64,000 nucleotides of DNA, from NCBI GenBank assembly GCA_022729235.1, contig JALDAJ010000001.1, positions 416,001-480,000 on the forward strand. Reading direction: 5' to 3'. The notes under the pieces are model-generated. The model was not told the DNA's origin. It searched no databases and saw nothing but the letters and a program-made list of their open reading frames with translations. Shown piece after piece: positions 49,150-59,178 of the stretch. A program made the position numbers and the translations under genes. Numbering within the stretch: the stretch's first letter is position 1; the number at the start of each line of letters is the position of its first letter. The stretch is from Candidatus Nanohalarchaeota archaeon. GTDB taxonomy: Archaea > Nanohalarchaeota > Nanosalinia > Nanosalinales > Nanosalinaceae.

Positions 49150-49686
49150 TTAAGTACTCTCCCTCGAAACGTCGACTACTTCCGCACTGGTAACATCTTC
49201 AAGTTCTCCGGGGTCGATAGTGACTCCTACTACCCGGGAGCCGGCGGCGGGCTTCACCTTTCTGTGCTCCAGTATGGATTCTTCCATGTAGACGGGTATC
49301 TCAAGGTCAAACGGGGATACTCCTCCTACGTGGTAGCCGGTTGCGTCTCGTACCTCATCGGGTTTTGCCATCCGTATATCGTTCTCGCCTGCGGCATCCC
49401 TGAGTTTCTCCTCGCTGACCCGGGCGTGACCGGGACATAGGACGGCTACAGGTTCGTCTCCGGCGATGAAGACCAGGGTCTTGACAATTTTCTCCTCGTC
49501 AACTCCGGTATTCTCCGCTGATTCTTCTACTGTTTCTGCCTTTGCGTGGATAACGAAATCGGCGTCCACGCAGTTCTCCTCGACATCGTTGATGGCGCGT
49601 TTGACGTTTTCCAGGTCGTCCCTCATGAAACCGATCCATTCCTCCAGCTCTTCCGGAGTCTGCTCGAAGTAGTTGTTCATAGCCAT
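49150..49686 (-). CDS. YbaK/EbsC aminoacyl-tRNA deacylase family
   Basis: IVKTL, TGY.VGGVSPF motifs. Confidence 0.9.
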   Translation of the reverse strand: MAMNNYFEQTPEELEEWIGFMRDDLENVKRAINDVEENCVDADFVIHAKAETVEESAENTGVDEEKIVKTLVFIAGDEPVAVLCPGHARVSEEKLRDAAGENDIRMAKPDEVRDATGYHVGGVSPFDLEIPVYMEESILEHRKVKPAAGSRVVGVTIDPGELEDVTSAEVVDVSREST

Positions 49687-49725
49687 CGATTCAATTGAAA
49701 ACTTTTGAAACCATAACTCTTCTCT

Positions 49726-50742
49726 ATGATAGAGATCGATGGCAGGAAGGGCGGAGGACAGATGCTACGTAGCTCGCTCGCGCTCTCCATGGTAACAGGT
49801 GAAGAGTTCAGGATTGAGAACATCAGAGGCTCCCGACCTAATCCTGGGCTGAAGAGACAGCACCTTGAGGCAGTGAAAGCGGCTGCAAAGCTCTGCAACG
49901 CTGATACCTCGGGAGTGAGAGACGGTTCGACAGAGATAGAGTTCTCGCCGGGCGAGTTAAACAGTGAAGGGTTCACGGTCAACATAGGGACAGCCGGAAG
50001 CGTCACCCTCCTGCTTGACACTGTTTTACCTGTAACCACACAGGTCAACAAAGATTTCCGGTTAGAGGTGAAGGGCGGGACTGACGTGAAGTGGTCTCCG
50101 ACGGTCTCCTACTACCGCGATGTCAAGATACCTCTACTGCAGGGTTTCGGAGCGGACGCGTCGCTTGACGTGGAAAGAACAGGTTTCTACCCGAAGGGAG
50201 GAGGGTGCGTGAAACTTGAGACATCACCGTTCTCCATGGACCCGCTGGATATAACGGCTAGAGGTGAGCTGGAGCGTTTCGAAGTATACTCAAAAGCGTC
50301 GGGAGACCTTGAACGGCAGGACGTGGCGGACCGACAGGCATCGGAAACGGCGAGAAAGCTGAAGAACTCTCATATATCGGTTCCTGTTGAGAAGAAGGTC
50401 GAGTACGCGGAAGCTGCCTCGACCGGCTCCTCACTCTGTTTAAAGGCAGTCTACGAGGACTCTATCGCGGGATTCGACGCGCTCGGTGAGAAAGGGAAGC
50501 GGGCGGAAAAGGTCGCGCATGACGTGGTTCAGGACTTCAAATCGTTCCATGCTTCTGATGCAGCGGTTGACCCATACATGGCTGACCAGGTGATAGTCTT
50601 CCTCGCGCTAGTGGGTGGAGAAGTAGCTATACCTGAAGCTACTGACCATGTACAGACATCTCTAGAGGTCGTGAGAAAGTTCGGGATGGATATTGAGGTC
50701 GAGTCAAGAGGAAAGGAGGCTGTTCTAGTCGGAGGCAGCTGA
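49726..50742 (+). CDS. rtcA: RNA 3'-terminal phosphate cyclase
   Basis: GGGQ.LR, R..PGL..QH, GFYPKGGG, DQ, H..T. Confidence 0.95.
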   Translation: MIEIDGRKGGGQMLRSSLALSMVTGEEFRIENIRGSRPNPGLKRQHLEAVKAAAKLCNADTSGVRDGSTEIEFSPGELNSEGFTVNIGTAGSVTLLLDTVLPVTTQVNKDFRLEVKGGTDVKWSPTVSYYRDVKIPLLQGFGADASLDVERTGFYPKGGGCVKLETSPFSMDPLDITARGELERFEVYSKASGDLERQDVADRQASETARKLKNSHISVPVEKKVEYAEAASTGSSLCLKAVYEDSIAGFDALGEKGKRAEKVAHDVVQDFKSFHASDAAVDPYMADQVIVFLALVGGEVAIPEATDHVQTSLEVVRKFGMDIEVESRGKEAVLVGGS

Positions 50743-51819
50743 CTCGTTTTCTTCCTGTATAGCTGCTTCGATTCTGTCCTGCATAGTCAGACCTTCTTCT
50801 TTCATCAAGACCTTCCATTCGGGTTCTGTGATCATCTCTTCGTTGTGAGGTACTCCCTGCTCTTCGAGAAGATCCTGGTCTACCCTTTCTACGCCTATAT
50901 CCTCTCCCTCAACGAGTTTCTGGGCTGCCTGCGTGAGCAGGGTGTTTGCCATATCTCTTTCAAATCTCAGGTGCTGGAACAGTTCGTCCTCATCAAAGTC
51001 AAATGACAGGATGTCGATATTATCTTCATCGAACGAGTTCACCTGGATGCTTGAACCGGGTATATCGGCGTCGGCGTGGGGCTCCATTTGGTAGTTGCCC
51101 TGTAAGGCGCCTCCGCTATTGACCACGGTATAGAATATCTGGCGAGGGAACTCGGTATGGGAGTGTGCGTGGCTTACCATGTCGAAAACGTTCTCGTCTT
51201 TAGAGGGGTACCCGAGCGGCTGCCTGATATCGCTGTCGCTTTCGAGGAGGTAGAACGGTCCGATATCGTGTTCCATGTAGTACTCCTCGTTGTCCCAGAA
51301 GTTCACCGTAAAAAAATCCTGCATGGCATCTTCATCTGTTCTTCGAGGATGGTGAGCGAACGCGATGTTGTGACCTTTTATGTTCGTCTGGAAACCGCCT
51401 TCCTCGATGCGCACGATATCGTACATATCTTCGATCTTATCTCTCTCCGAGTAATAGCCCTGGTCTTTCCTATCCTCGTCTCCCGGTATCATTACAACTT
51501 CGATATCTAGTTCACTGATTTCATCCAGGAAACCTTCTACTGCAGCTGTCCCGCCGGAGTCTCCTTTGTCACATATTAAATTGATATCGTACTGCTCGAT
51601 GTATGGTGTTATGTCCTCGGCCAGTTCACGTCCTGATTCACGAGTGTTTTTGTCGCCGTAAAGATGTGCGTCTGAGATGTTCAGAATGTTATAACGAGAG
51701 GATTCGTTGAAAAAGTCCGGTCTGTAGACTGGATCACCCGCTGTAAAAAGCTTTTCTTTACCCGGATCAATGAGGCTTCCATCTGTTCCGAACACTGACA
51801 GGAGCGATTGATACTCCAT
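50725..51819 (-). CDS. Divergent calcineurin-like metallophosphoesterase
   Basis: ISDAH, GD, PGDED, AHH and HAHSH motifs. Confidence 0.65.
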   Translation of the reverse strand: MEYQSLLSVFGTDGSLIDPGKEKLFTAGDPVYRPDFFNESSRYNILNISDAHLYGDKNTRESGRELAEDITPYIEQYDINLICDKGDSGGTAAVEGFLDEISELDIEVVMIPGDEDRKDQGYYSERDKIEDMYDIVRIEEGGFQTNIKGHNIAFAHHPRRTDEDAMQDFFTVNFWDNEEYYMEHDIGPFYLLESDSDIRQPLGYPSKDENVFDMVSHAHSHTEFPRQIFYTVVNSGGALQGNYQMEPHADADIPGSSIQVNSFDEDNIDILSFDFDEDELFQHLRFERDMANTLLTQAAQKLVEGEDIGVERVDQDLLEEQGVPHNEEMITEPEWKVLMKEEGLTMQDRIEAAIQEENESAASD

Positions 51820-51890
51820 CTATGTATGTACTGTAGTACAAGGGTTCAAGTAATTTCTGGATAAAGAAAAGAGGAGGGGTAAAGAGGTTT

Positions 51891-52310
51891 TTACTCGATA
51901 TCGATTTCTCTACTGTCGTCTTCTTCCTCTATTTCAGCAGTGACTGTGAGGACGCCGTCGCTGTACTCGGCGGTGATCGATTCCGGGTCGACCGTGGTAG
52001 GCCAGGGAACGGTCCGTCTGTAAGTCCTTCTAGCTCTTTCTCTCCTGAAGTATTTCTCGTTCTCCTCCTCAACTTCCTCAGAGCCTTCCGCAGCGATTTC
52101 GAGCGTGTCTTTGTCCGCTTTCAGGCTAAGGTTTTCTTTGTTAATACCAGGCAGGTCTGCCTTTACGATTATCTCGCCGTCGTCCTTGTGGACATCAACA
52201 GGGACGCCGCTGAGACCGGTAAGGTCTCTGCCCATGTCCTGGAACTCTTCGAAAATGTTTTGCATCCTGTCTGTAAGGTCGTCGAAAGGGTCTCGTCTCA
52301 TCCGTCTCAT
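51891..52310 (-). CDS. Small heat shock protein Hsp20
   Basis: VD......ADLPG, A.Y..GVL.V, C-terminal IDIE. Confidence 0.93.
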   Translation of the reverse strand: MRRMRRDPFDDLTDRMQNIFEEFQDMGRDLTGLSGVPVDVHKDDGEIIVKADLPGINKENLSLKADKDTLEIAAEGSEEVEEENEKYFRRERARRTYRRTVPWPTTVDPESITAEYSDGVLTVTAEIEEEDDSREIDIE

Positions 52311-52431
52311 TGTAAAATCACCATGGTTTTAATTACGTCGTTAAAAATTTATTTGTTTCTCTGAATTGAGGACCACTCCCTTTTCTTTGAACACCGTAAA
52401 TCTATTAAGCCTCCGTATTACAGGATATAAT

Positions 52432-52554
52432 ATGCCTGAGGCGCTCGGAAAGGATGAAAGCAAGGGATTCTCGATGAAGGATGTTGAGGATAGAGTTGAA
52501 AGAGATTTTGAAAATTTCAAGAAGGCTGTTAATCAGTACTTCTCTGAAAAGTAA
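52432..52554 (+). CDS. Small 40-aa hypothetical protein
   Basis: ATG downstream of ACCGTAAATC/TATTAAG promoter-like motif. Confidence 0.4.
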   Translation: MPEALGKDESKGFSMKDVEDRVERDFENFKKAVNQYFSEK

Positions 52555-52913
52555 CTTTTGATCTCTTCAGAGTTTTCTCTTAGTATCTCTAGCTGCCTTT
52601 TCTGGTAACTTCCTTTCTTTGGAACGGTTGTGTAGTAAAATACCGCTTCTTCTTCGGGCAAAACAATGCATAAGGCACGATACTCTGCGCTCATGGCGGA
52701 AAAGCGGATTTCGGCGATAGTTAATCTGTCTAAACTGATTATGTCTTGGAACCTCCTCCTTAAGCCAGCCATGTTCTGACTCCATCTGATCTGTCGTTCC
52801 TTATCTTTCAGGGATTTTTCCAGCCTATCCGATACGTGGTTAGAGAAGTCGTCTGAAGCGTTATCGATTTGTTCATCCGTCCAAACAAGGTCGAATCCCA
52901 TACATTTGCTCAT
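52533..52913 (-). CDS. Possible RelE/ParE-like protein
   Basis: EIR...EYR followed by hydrophobic strands; weak resemblance. Confidence 0.45.
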   Translation of the reverse strand: MSKCMGFDLVWTDEQIDNASDDFSNHVSDRLEKSLKDKERQIRWSQNMAGLRRRFQDIISLDRLTIAEIRFSAMSAEYRALCIVLPEEEAVFYYTTVPKKGSYQKRQLEILRENSEEIKSYFSEKY

Positions 52914-53012
52914 CTGAGTATGTTAATAATGCTTTCAGGTTTTATAGGTATTATATCCTGTTATATGGGCATGATATGCGATTTTAAATTATTAAAACGT
53001 TTGAAGACGGAT

Positions 53013-53210
53013 TTAACCGTTGCTTTCCTCGTTTTTGACCTGTTCCTTCAAAAATCTTAACTGGCCGTGTATCTCTTCCAGTATTTTTTCAGCGCGCTCC
53101 TGCTTATCCTGTAGAGTCCCTTTTGCGTCCTCGTCTTTCACTTCCTGGAAGTCGTGCTCCAGTTCTCCTATGTCGTCTTCCAGTTCGTCTATTACATCTT
53201 CCGGACCCAT
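53013..53210 (-). CDS. Small acidic coiled-coil protein
   Basis: Heptad-like acidic helix. Confidence 0.55.
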   Translation of the reverse strand: MGPEDVIDELEDDIGELEHDFQEVKDEDAKGTLQDKQERAEKILEEIHGQLRFLKEQVKNEESNG

Positions 53211-53246
53211 GAAAGCTTTTTCTACTGCCTTGTTTAAACCGTTTAT

Positions 53247-53456
53247 ATGCAGAGAGCCTCGGAGGTAAGAGAGAAAGCCCGCGAACTGGTGGAAAACGGT
53301 GGTCGCCCGTCCGCACTGAAGCTGTCGCAGGAGCTAGGTTTCACGGAAAGCGATATCCACCGCTGCCTCAACTTCCTGGAGCGGCAGGGCGAGGTCGAAA
53401 CGTATACACGGGAAGTATTCGGTCGTAAACACAGGATGGTCGGGGTTAAGAGGTAG
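53247..53456 (+). CDS. Small winged-helix protein
   Basis: LS.ELG.....IHR.L..LE..G.V pattern. Confidence 0.7.
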   Translation: MQRASEVREKARELVENGGRPSALKLSQELGFTESDIHRCLNFLERQGEVETYTREVFGRKHRMVGVKR

Positions 53457-53626
53457 AGCGAAAGCATTAGTTTCTGTACAATATATTCTATAATAGGACT
53501 AAAAGCTTCTAAAATGTTTTTAAGACTTATTTGACCTGTTTCTGTGGTTCAAAACTTTAGAAATTTCTTAAATGATGTTTTTGTAACTATATGGTGTAGA
53601 GATAGTTCCGGCTTTGAGGTGTTAAT

Positions 53627-53920
53627 TTGAAAGTAATAGATATCGAGGACAAGTTCGGCAACAGAATCTGTTTGACCAGGGAAAGATGGAATCACGCCTT
53701 GAAACACAAAATACCGAATTTAGATCATTTAGAATCCTGCCTGCAGAACCCGGTTGAGGTAAGAAAAAGTAAGTACGACGAGGATGCAAGACTTTACTAC
53801 AGGAAACTAGGTGGCGAATACGTCTGTGTTGTAGTCCAGATTGAAGATGGATTTATAATGACTGCATACACAACCGAAGGCATGAAGGAGGGTGAAACCG
53901 TATGGAAGCAGAAGAAATAA
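53627..53920 (+). CDS. Putative RNase toxin (BECR/RelE-like)
   Basis: LT.ERW.H...H, NP..V, YY, V.V.....FI.TAY; overlaps the DUF2283-like gene. Confidence 0.7.
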   Translation: MKVIDIEDKFGNRICLTRERWNHALKHKIPNLDHLESCLQNPVEVRKSKYDEDARLYYRKLGGEYVCVVVQIEDGFIMTAYTTEGMKEGETVWKQKK

Positions 53921-54132
53921 GATACGACCAGAAAGCTGATGTACTGTACATATGGGCGAAGAATCCTGAAGAAGTTGATCGCGTAACAAGCGAGGAAACA
54001 GGGGACGAGATTACAGTAGAAAAGGATGCTGAGACAGGAGAGGTAATAGGGGTAACGATAATGCACTTCAGCAAGAGAGATGACGCGATTGAAGGAATAA
54101 AAATTTCCGATACAGAGCTTTCACCTGCATAA
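53902..54132 (+). CDS. DUF2283-like putative antitoxin
   Basis: YD..ADVLYI and D..TGEVIG.TI motifs. Confidence 0.8.
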   Translation: MEAEEIRYDQKADVLYIWAKNPEEVDRVTSEETGDEITVEKDAETGEVIGVTIMHFSKRDDAIEGIKISDTELSPA

Positions 54133-54141
54133 CACGTTTTT

Positions 54142-54729
54142 TCATAGCAAAACTGTCTCTACCAGTGTAAAGATGAATCTGTTCCTGGCACCTGAGACTT
54201 CGTACTCTATGTTACCTTCCTCGACGTGTTTACCGACCTTGTCCCGCATCTCTACCGGACCCTCGATGTCGTCCATCATCATATCTTCTATAGCAACTAC
54301 GTGGATAGAGACCTGGATGTTCGGATCCTCAAGTTTTTCAGGGCTGATTTTAAGCTCCTCAAGGCTGTCATCAAGCTTTATAGAAGCCGACCTGTTCTCG
54401 GGCAGGAGTTTTTCGTTCAAGACTTCCCGGACAGCGTCTTTCTCCTCTCCCAGGTCGTCAAGTCCGTCCTCCTCTGCCAGGGCAGTCACGAACTCGTCGC
54501 TGAACTCTCCGTGTATCTGTATGTCAGCCCTTACTTCAGGTATGATCCGTTCTATAACAGCTACGAGGTAGCGGGCAGGTCCCGGCGCCTCGTCCAGCAA
54601 CTCTTCTTTAGCTTCCTCAAGGTCGATAACTTCTTCCTCTTCAAGAAAACCGTCGTCCTCACTGGGCTGGGCTGTGGCAAGACCTGTCGCCATTAGAAGG
54701 ATGACTGCGGAGACCAGAACTTTCCTCAT
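54142..54729 (-). CDS. Secreted acidic hypothetical protein
   Basis: Signal peptide MRKVLVSAVILLMATGLATA. Confidence 0.7.
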   Translation of the reverse strand: MRKVLVSAVILLMATGLATAQPSEDDGFLEEEEVIDLEEAKEELLDEAPGPARYLVAVIERIIPEVRADIQIHGEFSDEFVTALAEEDGLDDLGEEKDAVREVLNEKLLPENRSASIKLDDSLEELKISPEKLEDPNIQVSIHVVAIEDMMMDDIEGPVEMRDKVGKHVEEGNIEYEVSGARNRFIFTLVETVLL

Positions 54730-54836
54730 AAATTGAAACTCGTCGCTATACATAAAAAATAACTGATTACTTCTGTCGCGGAAAGACGGTTATGTTGCAG
54801 GTAACTGATTTAATCATTCACGACAAGTGTAATGTG

Positions 54837-55175
54837 ATGGCTGTCCAAGATGACAGGGACTCTGATGATTTTTCTGATATATCTATGCATCTAACTCGTT
54901 CACCGGTCTCTCGGGCACTCCCTTCTGCCGAGGGAACAGAGCTTATGGAGGCTAAGAATATGCTGGAGGAGAGGTTGAGAGAACAGCCTGGTGTTGCGAT
55001 GGGAGTCAGACATCAAACGGGTGAAAATTACAGGGGCATTAAGGTAGAGAGACATGGTGACGTTATAGTAGGTTACGCGAAAACTATGGGAGTTGATGTA
55101 GAACTTGGAGAATACGTATCGGGAGAATGGAAAATAGTAGGAGAGATAGATTACCGGTTAGTCGGTAACAGGTAA
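54837..55175 (+). CDS. Hypothetical protein
   Basis: Open frame filling the gap; start uncertain. Confidence 0.5.
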   Translation: MAVQDDRDSDDFSDISMHLTRSPVSRALPSAEGTELMEAKNMLEERLREQPGVAMGVRHQTGENYRGIKVERHGDVIVGYAKTMGVDVELGEYVSGEWKIVGEIDYRLVGNR

Positions 55176-55183
55176 AGTAACCA

Positions 55184-55507
55184 CTAACTCTCCACTTCGT
55201 TACCTGCTTCTTTCCAGCCCTCGGTACCGGGTTCGTAGTCGTAAACGTTCTCGAAACCAAGTTTCTCAAGTTTCTCAGCTGCTGTCGGTGAAGCCGTACA
55301 CATCTCGTCCTTGCAGTACACCACGATCTCCTGGTCCTCGTCAAACCTTTGTCTGGCTTCTACTGCGATACTCTCCAGCGGGATGTTGACCGCGCCGGGA
55401 AGGTGTTCTTCCTCGAAGTACTCCTCGTCAAGCACGTCGATAACCACGAGGTCTTCACTGTTTTCCATCTTATCCTCCAGCTCTCCAGTTGATATAGTAT
55501 TTACCAT
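55184..55507 (-). CDS. Rhodanese-like protein
   Basis: IDV...Y...HLPGA.NIP, VVYC, G...W. Confidence 0.9.
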   Translation of the reverse strand: MVNTISTGELEDKMENSEDLVVIDVLDEEYFEEEHLPGAVNIPLESIAVEARQRFDEDQEIVVYCKDEMCTASPTAAEKLEKLGFENVYDYEPGTEGWKEAGNEVES

Positions 55508-55603
55508 GTTCAATCACAGGGAGAAGTTGTGAACGCCTGAAGTTAAATCCTCCGGCATCTTCACTCCCATTTCTATAAAAGCAGGAATAAACTCAATCAC
55601 TGA

Positions 55604-55777
55604 TTATGGCTTACATTCAACTGTCTTATCCTGGGAGATATCTTCCTCAGACTCCTTGAACTGTTCTAATACATCCTGATCTTCCAAAGTGTCGATTGTA
55701 GAGACCATCCGTTCAAACTCCTGTCTCGGTATCTTCACGAACTTCCCTTCATCCTCAACGTTTACATCAACAGTCAT
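55604..55777 (-). CDS. Orphan RelB/YefM-like antitoxin (57 aa)
   Basis: IP..EFE.M..TI..L.D..V.EQ...SEEDI pattern; below the track cutoff. Confidence 0.55.
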   Translation of the reverse strand: MTVDVNVEDEGKFVKIPRQEFERMVSTIDTLEDQDVLEQFKESEEDISQDKTVECKP

Positions 55778-55880
55778 GAACAAAGAATTTCACCCGACAC
55801 ATAAGTGATTTACGGTAGTACAAGCTATTCCGGTTTCAACTCTGTTGTCTCATGTATCAACAGTAAACAAGGTACGGCTG

Positions 55881-56261
55881 CTATTCAACTATCTTCTTTA
55901 TCGTTTCAATAAATCTCAGTCCGTTCTCAAGATCTTCTCTGAAATCTCCGTGGTCAAAATTTACCTCCAGTTCGTAGTCTGCCATATCCCTCTTTTCCTG
56001 GAGTCTTTGAAGCAGTATCGCATCGTCTCTTTCAATCAATTCTTTTTCGTCAAAAAGCACCTGGAAGACCTGGGAGGCTGTTCCTCTATGTGTCTTCGGT
56101 TCCAATCCTTCTGCATGTAGAGCGGCTTTAGCAGAGTAAAATACCGCGTAGTAAAGCCGATTGTACAGGGGACGTACCGATACACCGGAGTCCTGCATCT
56201 TCTCAATATCCTCAACTGCTTCGTCTGTTAAATCCAGGAAATCACCGGGAGTCTCAGACAT
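55881..56261 (-). CDS. HEPN domain protein (Rx4Y type)
   Basis: YYA.F....A.L, KTH.G, R..ADY. Confidence 0.85.
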   Translation of the reverse strand: MSETPGDFLDLTDEAVEDIEKMQDSGVSVRPLYNRLYYAVFYSAKAALHAEGLEPKTHRGTASQVFQVLFDEKELIERDDAILLQRLQEKRDMADYELEVNFDHGDFREDLENGLRFIETIKKIVE

Positions 56262-56565
56262 ATACTTCACCGGTATTCTCTACTTCTCTGATGAATATAG
56301 TCTCTCTCTTGTCCTCAAACTCTTCTGAGGTCTTGATCAGTGGTACAATAAACACGCCGTAATCCACGCTGACATCAAATGCTAGGTCTCTCAAGACTTC
56401 TATCTGGCTCTCGTCTCCAACCACTGCGAATACATCGATGTCGGATTCTTCGGTCTGTTCGTCCCTGGCGACACTGCCGTAAAGTATCAGTTTCTCCAGC
56501 GAGTCACCAAGTTCTTCTTCTGCCTTTTCTGCAAGTTCTTCGAAAGCCTCTCTATGCCTCGACAT
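56254..56565 (-). CDS. Minimal nucleotidyltransferase (MNT) antitoxin
   Basis: LYGSVAR.....SDID. Confidence 0.9.
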   Translation of the reverse strand: MSRHREAFEELAEKAEEELGDSLEKLILYGSVARDEQTEESDIDVFAVVGDESQIEVLRDLAFDVSVDYGVFIVPLIKTSEEFEDKRETIFIREVENTGEVYV

Positions 56566-56673
56566 ATACCAGTGATTACGGCTTACAGAAATAAGTGATT
56601 TACGGTGGAGAAGAAATTTTTTCTCTGGAGAATAGAAAGAAGAAAAGAAAAGATGTAGAGAGGGCGTCAGCCC

Positions 56674-59178
56674 TTACTCTGTTGAGACAACGCTGTTCTG
56701 TCCGGTGTCGATTGTGACCTGTCCGACTCCAGCAACGTCTTCGCCAAGAAGTGTTCCTGCTTCAGCGTTCATGTTGGCGAGAGCGCTTGCAGCGTTCCGT
56801 GTGTCCTGACCGGAGTGTCCAGCTACGACAAGTGCGTCAGCATCGTCGCTGAAAGCACCTTCGATGTGCTGAACAATCGCCTGTCCTTCTGTGTACTCGT
56901 CGCCTGTCTGTGTCTGACCTTCTTGAGCCAGTTCATCGACAAGCGTGTTGACTGCAGGTCCTCCGACAAGAATCATGTTCTGATTCCTTTCGGCTGAACC
57001 AACGTCACTGTCCAGAAGACCAGAGTCAGGCCATCCAGCAGGTGTCGATGTAGTGACTGATCCTGCACCTTCAGCGGAAACCGATCCGCCTCTGTCCGTA
57101 ACTGCTACACCAGCAGAGGACTGAACTGCAGGCAGGTTGAGTGTGTACTCTCCTTCATCGTCACCGTCGTACTCGACGTACGAACCGAAGTCAGTGTAGT
57201 CAACTTCGACATCGTCGTCGCTCTCAAGCGTCTGGAGGTTCAGCTCTGTAACTGAGTAACCTGCTGAACCTTCTTCTGTGTAGTCGATGTCGTTGTCGAG
57301 CTCCAGGTCATGTTCATCTGATTCAGCTGATTCCTGTACTGGAGTGACTGTGAACCTGCTGTGTGCGTTGTCCGTGTTCTCAGGTTCGTGGACAATCGCT
57401 TTAGCTTCAGTTGTACCGTAATCGAAGTCCAGGTATGCTCCGTTCTCCAGCTCGAGTGCTGGTCCGTTAGCGTCCGTTGGACGCTGGCTTGGAGCATCCC
57501 ATGTCTCAAGTACGAACTCATCGTGTCCGTCCGTTACGTTGAAGACGTAGGTCTGACCGTTGATGATCTCTTCTACTGAAGTGTCGTCTGCATCAACTTC
57601 GATTTCTACTTCGTCGCCTGTGAAGAGGTTCTCAAGCTCGATTTCTCCGTCTTCTGTTGCTGCTCCGTTATCTACGTCTTCGTCAGACGTGATGTCGACT
57701 TCTGTGACTTCGTACATGTCGCTGAAGCCACCCTGGTCAGCGATGAACCTGGCACCTTCTGTCAGCGCTGTTTCGTCTTCGACGTTGACATAGTCACCGT
57801 CTTCGTGTGCTAGGGCGACATCAGTTTCGCCTTCACCTACTGCGAATTCGAGTGTTTCTGTGTTGCCGCTGGTGTCTGTGACTGTGAATTCTGCGAATTC
57901 GTCGTCGGTGGAGAATTCTACTTCTGCTGCGCCGTCTGCTGCGTCAGGGTTGAGTCCTCCGAAGTGTACTTCGATGTTGTCGAAGAAGCTGTGACTCCAG
58001 GATTCTCCTGCCCTGATCGCGTCGTCGGATTCGTCGTCGTCATCTTCCATTCCGACTGTGACTTCGATCGTCGAGATCTCTACTTCAGTTTCGTCTTCGC
58101 CGTCGAATTCGAACTCTTCCTCATCGTCGCCGTTGATAACGACTTCTGTTCCTTCAACGTCGTCTCCGTCAGCGTCCTGGATAGGTTCTCCGCTTTCTAG
58201 GTTGATCTCTTCACTTCCTACTGCGAAGATGATTTCTCCTGTGACGTCTAGGTCAGCATCGTCTGCGAAGAGCTCTCTTGCTCTTACTTCTGAGTCGGAG
58301 ACTCTGACTGTCTCGCCTTCTTCGATGGTCTCTCTGTCTCCGTCGACCCTGATCTGTGCTTCGCTGCTACCGACTACGAGGACTTCGAATGTGTGCTCGT
58401 TGCCGTCGACTGTGATTGTCTCTGAGTCACCTGTCTCTACGGAGAATCTTTCACTTGAACCGTAGAGTGTTAGTGCGTTCTCTTCGTCTGTCTGGTCGTC
58501 AGCGATTGTGAACGTTCTTCCGAACAGTTCGATGTCTTCGCCCTGTACGTCGTCGTCTGCGAAGTCGATTCCTGAACCGAAGACTGCTTCTACTGAGTAG
58601 AGTCCGCCGTTTTCAGCTTCTTCTACAGGTACGTGCAGCTGTGGGTCTTCTTCTTCGTCACTCATGTAGTCAGACTGTCCGAACTGGACTTGTGCATCTT
58701 CTTCTTCAGTTAACCTGTAGTAGTAGTCGATGTCTGTGTCGTCTCCTGCGTCGTCGACAAAGGTTGTTGTCTCCAGTGCGTTCAGGTCGTCTGATGTCAG
58801 TGTGTCTCTGACTGAAGCTACCTGGTCGTTCAGGAACAGGTTCTGGTTTGCTGTGGAGAGTGTAACTCCGTTGCTTGCTGCCCATGAGCCTGCTGCCCCT
58901 CCTACTGCTTCAGTTGTTTCTGTGTATGCGTGCTGGGATAGTGCTCCAGCGATGTCTACTGCGCCGACAACGTCGATGGTCTTTGCGTCGTCACCAACAA
59001 CGATATTTGTGTCGACTTCACCGTCGTCTACGAACGGTGCGGGATAGTCGCCAAGGTCTCCACTGGACCCGTCCTGAGCGGTTGCCATTGCGGCACCACC
59101 AACCATGGTGGCTCCCAGGAACAGTGCGGAACCGGCGACTGCTTTCGCCTTGTTAGATAATTTTGTGATGTTCTTCAT
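56674..59178 (-). CDS. S-layer protein (MJ0822 / S_layer_N + S_layer_C type)
   Basis: Signal peptide; YPAPFV, IVVG..A...DV..A.DIA N-terminal block; ILVGGP.VN and VAG....T C-terminal block; very acidic; strongly biased codons. Confidence 0.88.
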   Translation of the reverse strand: MKNITKLSNKAKAVAGSALFLGATMVGGAAMATAQDGSSGDLGDYPAPFVDDGEVDTNIVVGDDAKTIDVVGAVDIAGALSQHAYTETTEAVGGAAGSWAASNGVTLSTANQNLFLNDQVASVRDTLTSDDLNALETTTFVDDAGDDTDIDYYYRLTEEEDAQVQFGQSDYMSDEEEDPQLHVPVEEAENGGLYSVEAVFGSGIDFADDDVQGEDIELFGRTFTIADDQTDEENALTLYGSSERFSVETGDSETITVDGNEHTFEVLVVGSSEAQIRVDGDRETIEEGETVRVSDSEVRARELFADDADLDVTGEIIFAVGSEEINLESGEPIQDADGDDVEGTEVVINGDDEEEFEFDGEDETEVEISTIEVTVGMEDDDDESDDAIRAGESWSHSFFDNIEVHFGGLNPDAADGAAEVEFSTDDEFAEFTVTDTSGNTETLEFAVGEGETDVALAHEDGDYVNVEDETALTEGARFIADQGGFSDMYEVTEVDITSDEDVDNGAATEDGEIELENLFTGDEVEIEVDADDTSVEEIINGQTYVFNVTDGHDEFVLETWDAPSQRPTDANGPALELENGAYLDFDYGTTEAKAIVHEPENTDNAHSRFTVTPVQESAESDEHDLELDNDIDYTEEGSAGYSVTELNLQTLESDDDVEVDYTDFGSYVEYDGDDEGEYTLNLPAVQSSAGVAVTDRGGSVSAEGAGSVTTSTPAGWPDSGLLDSDVGSAERNQNMILVGGPAVNTLVDELAQEGQTQTGDEYTEGQAIVQHIEGAFSDDADALVVAGHSGQDTRNAASALANMNAEAGTLLGEDVAGVGQVTIDTGQNSVVSTE

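Larger units (their letters stand above)
55801..56606. repeat. 16-bp direct repeat ATAAGTGATTTACGGT (55801-55816 and 56591-56606)
   Basis: Exact match; each copy about 24 nt upstream of a minus-strand ATG. Confidence 0.85.
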
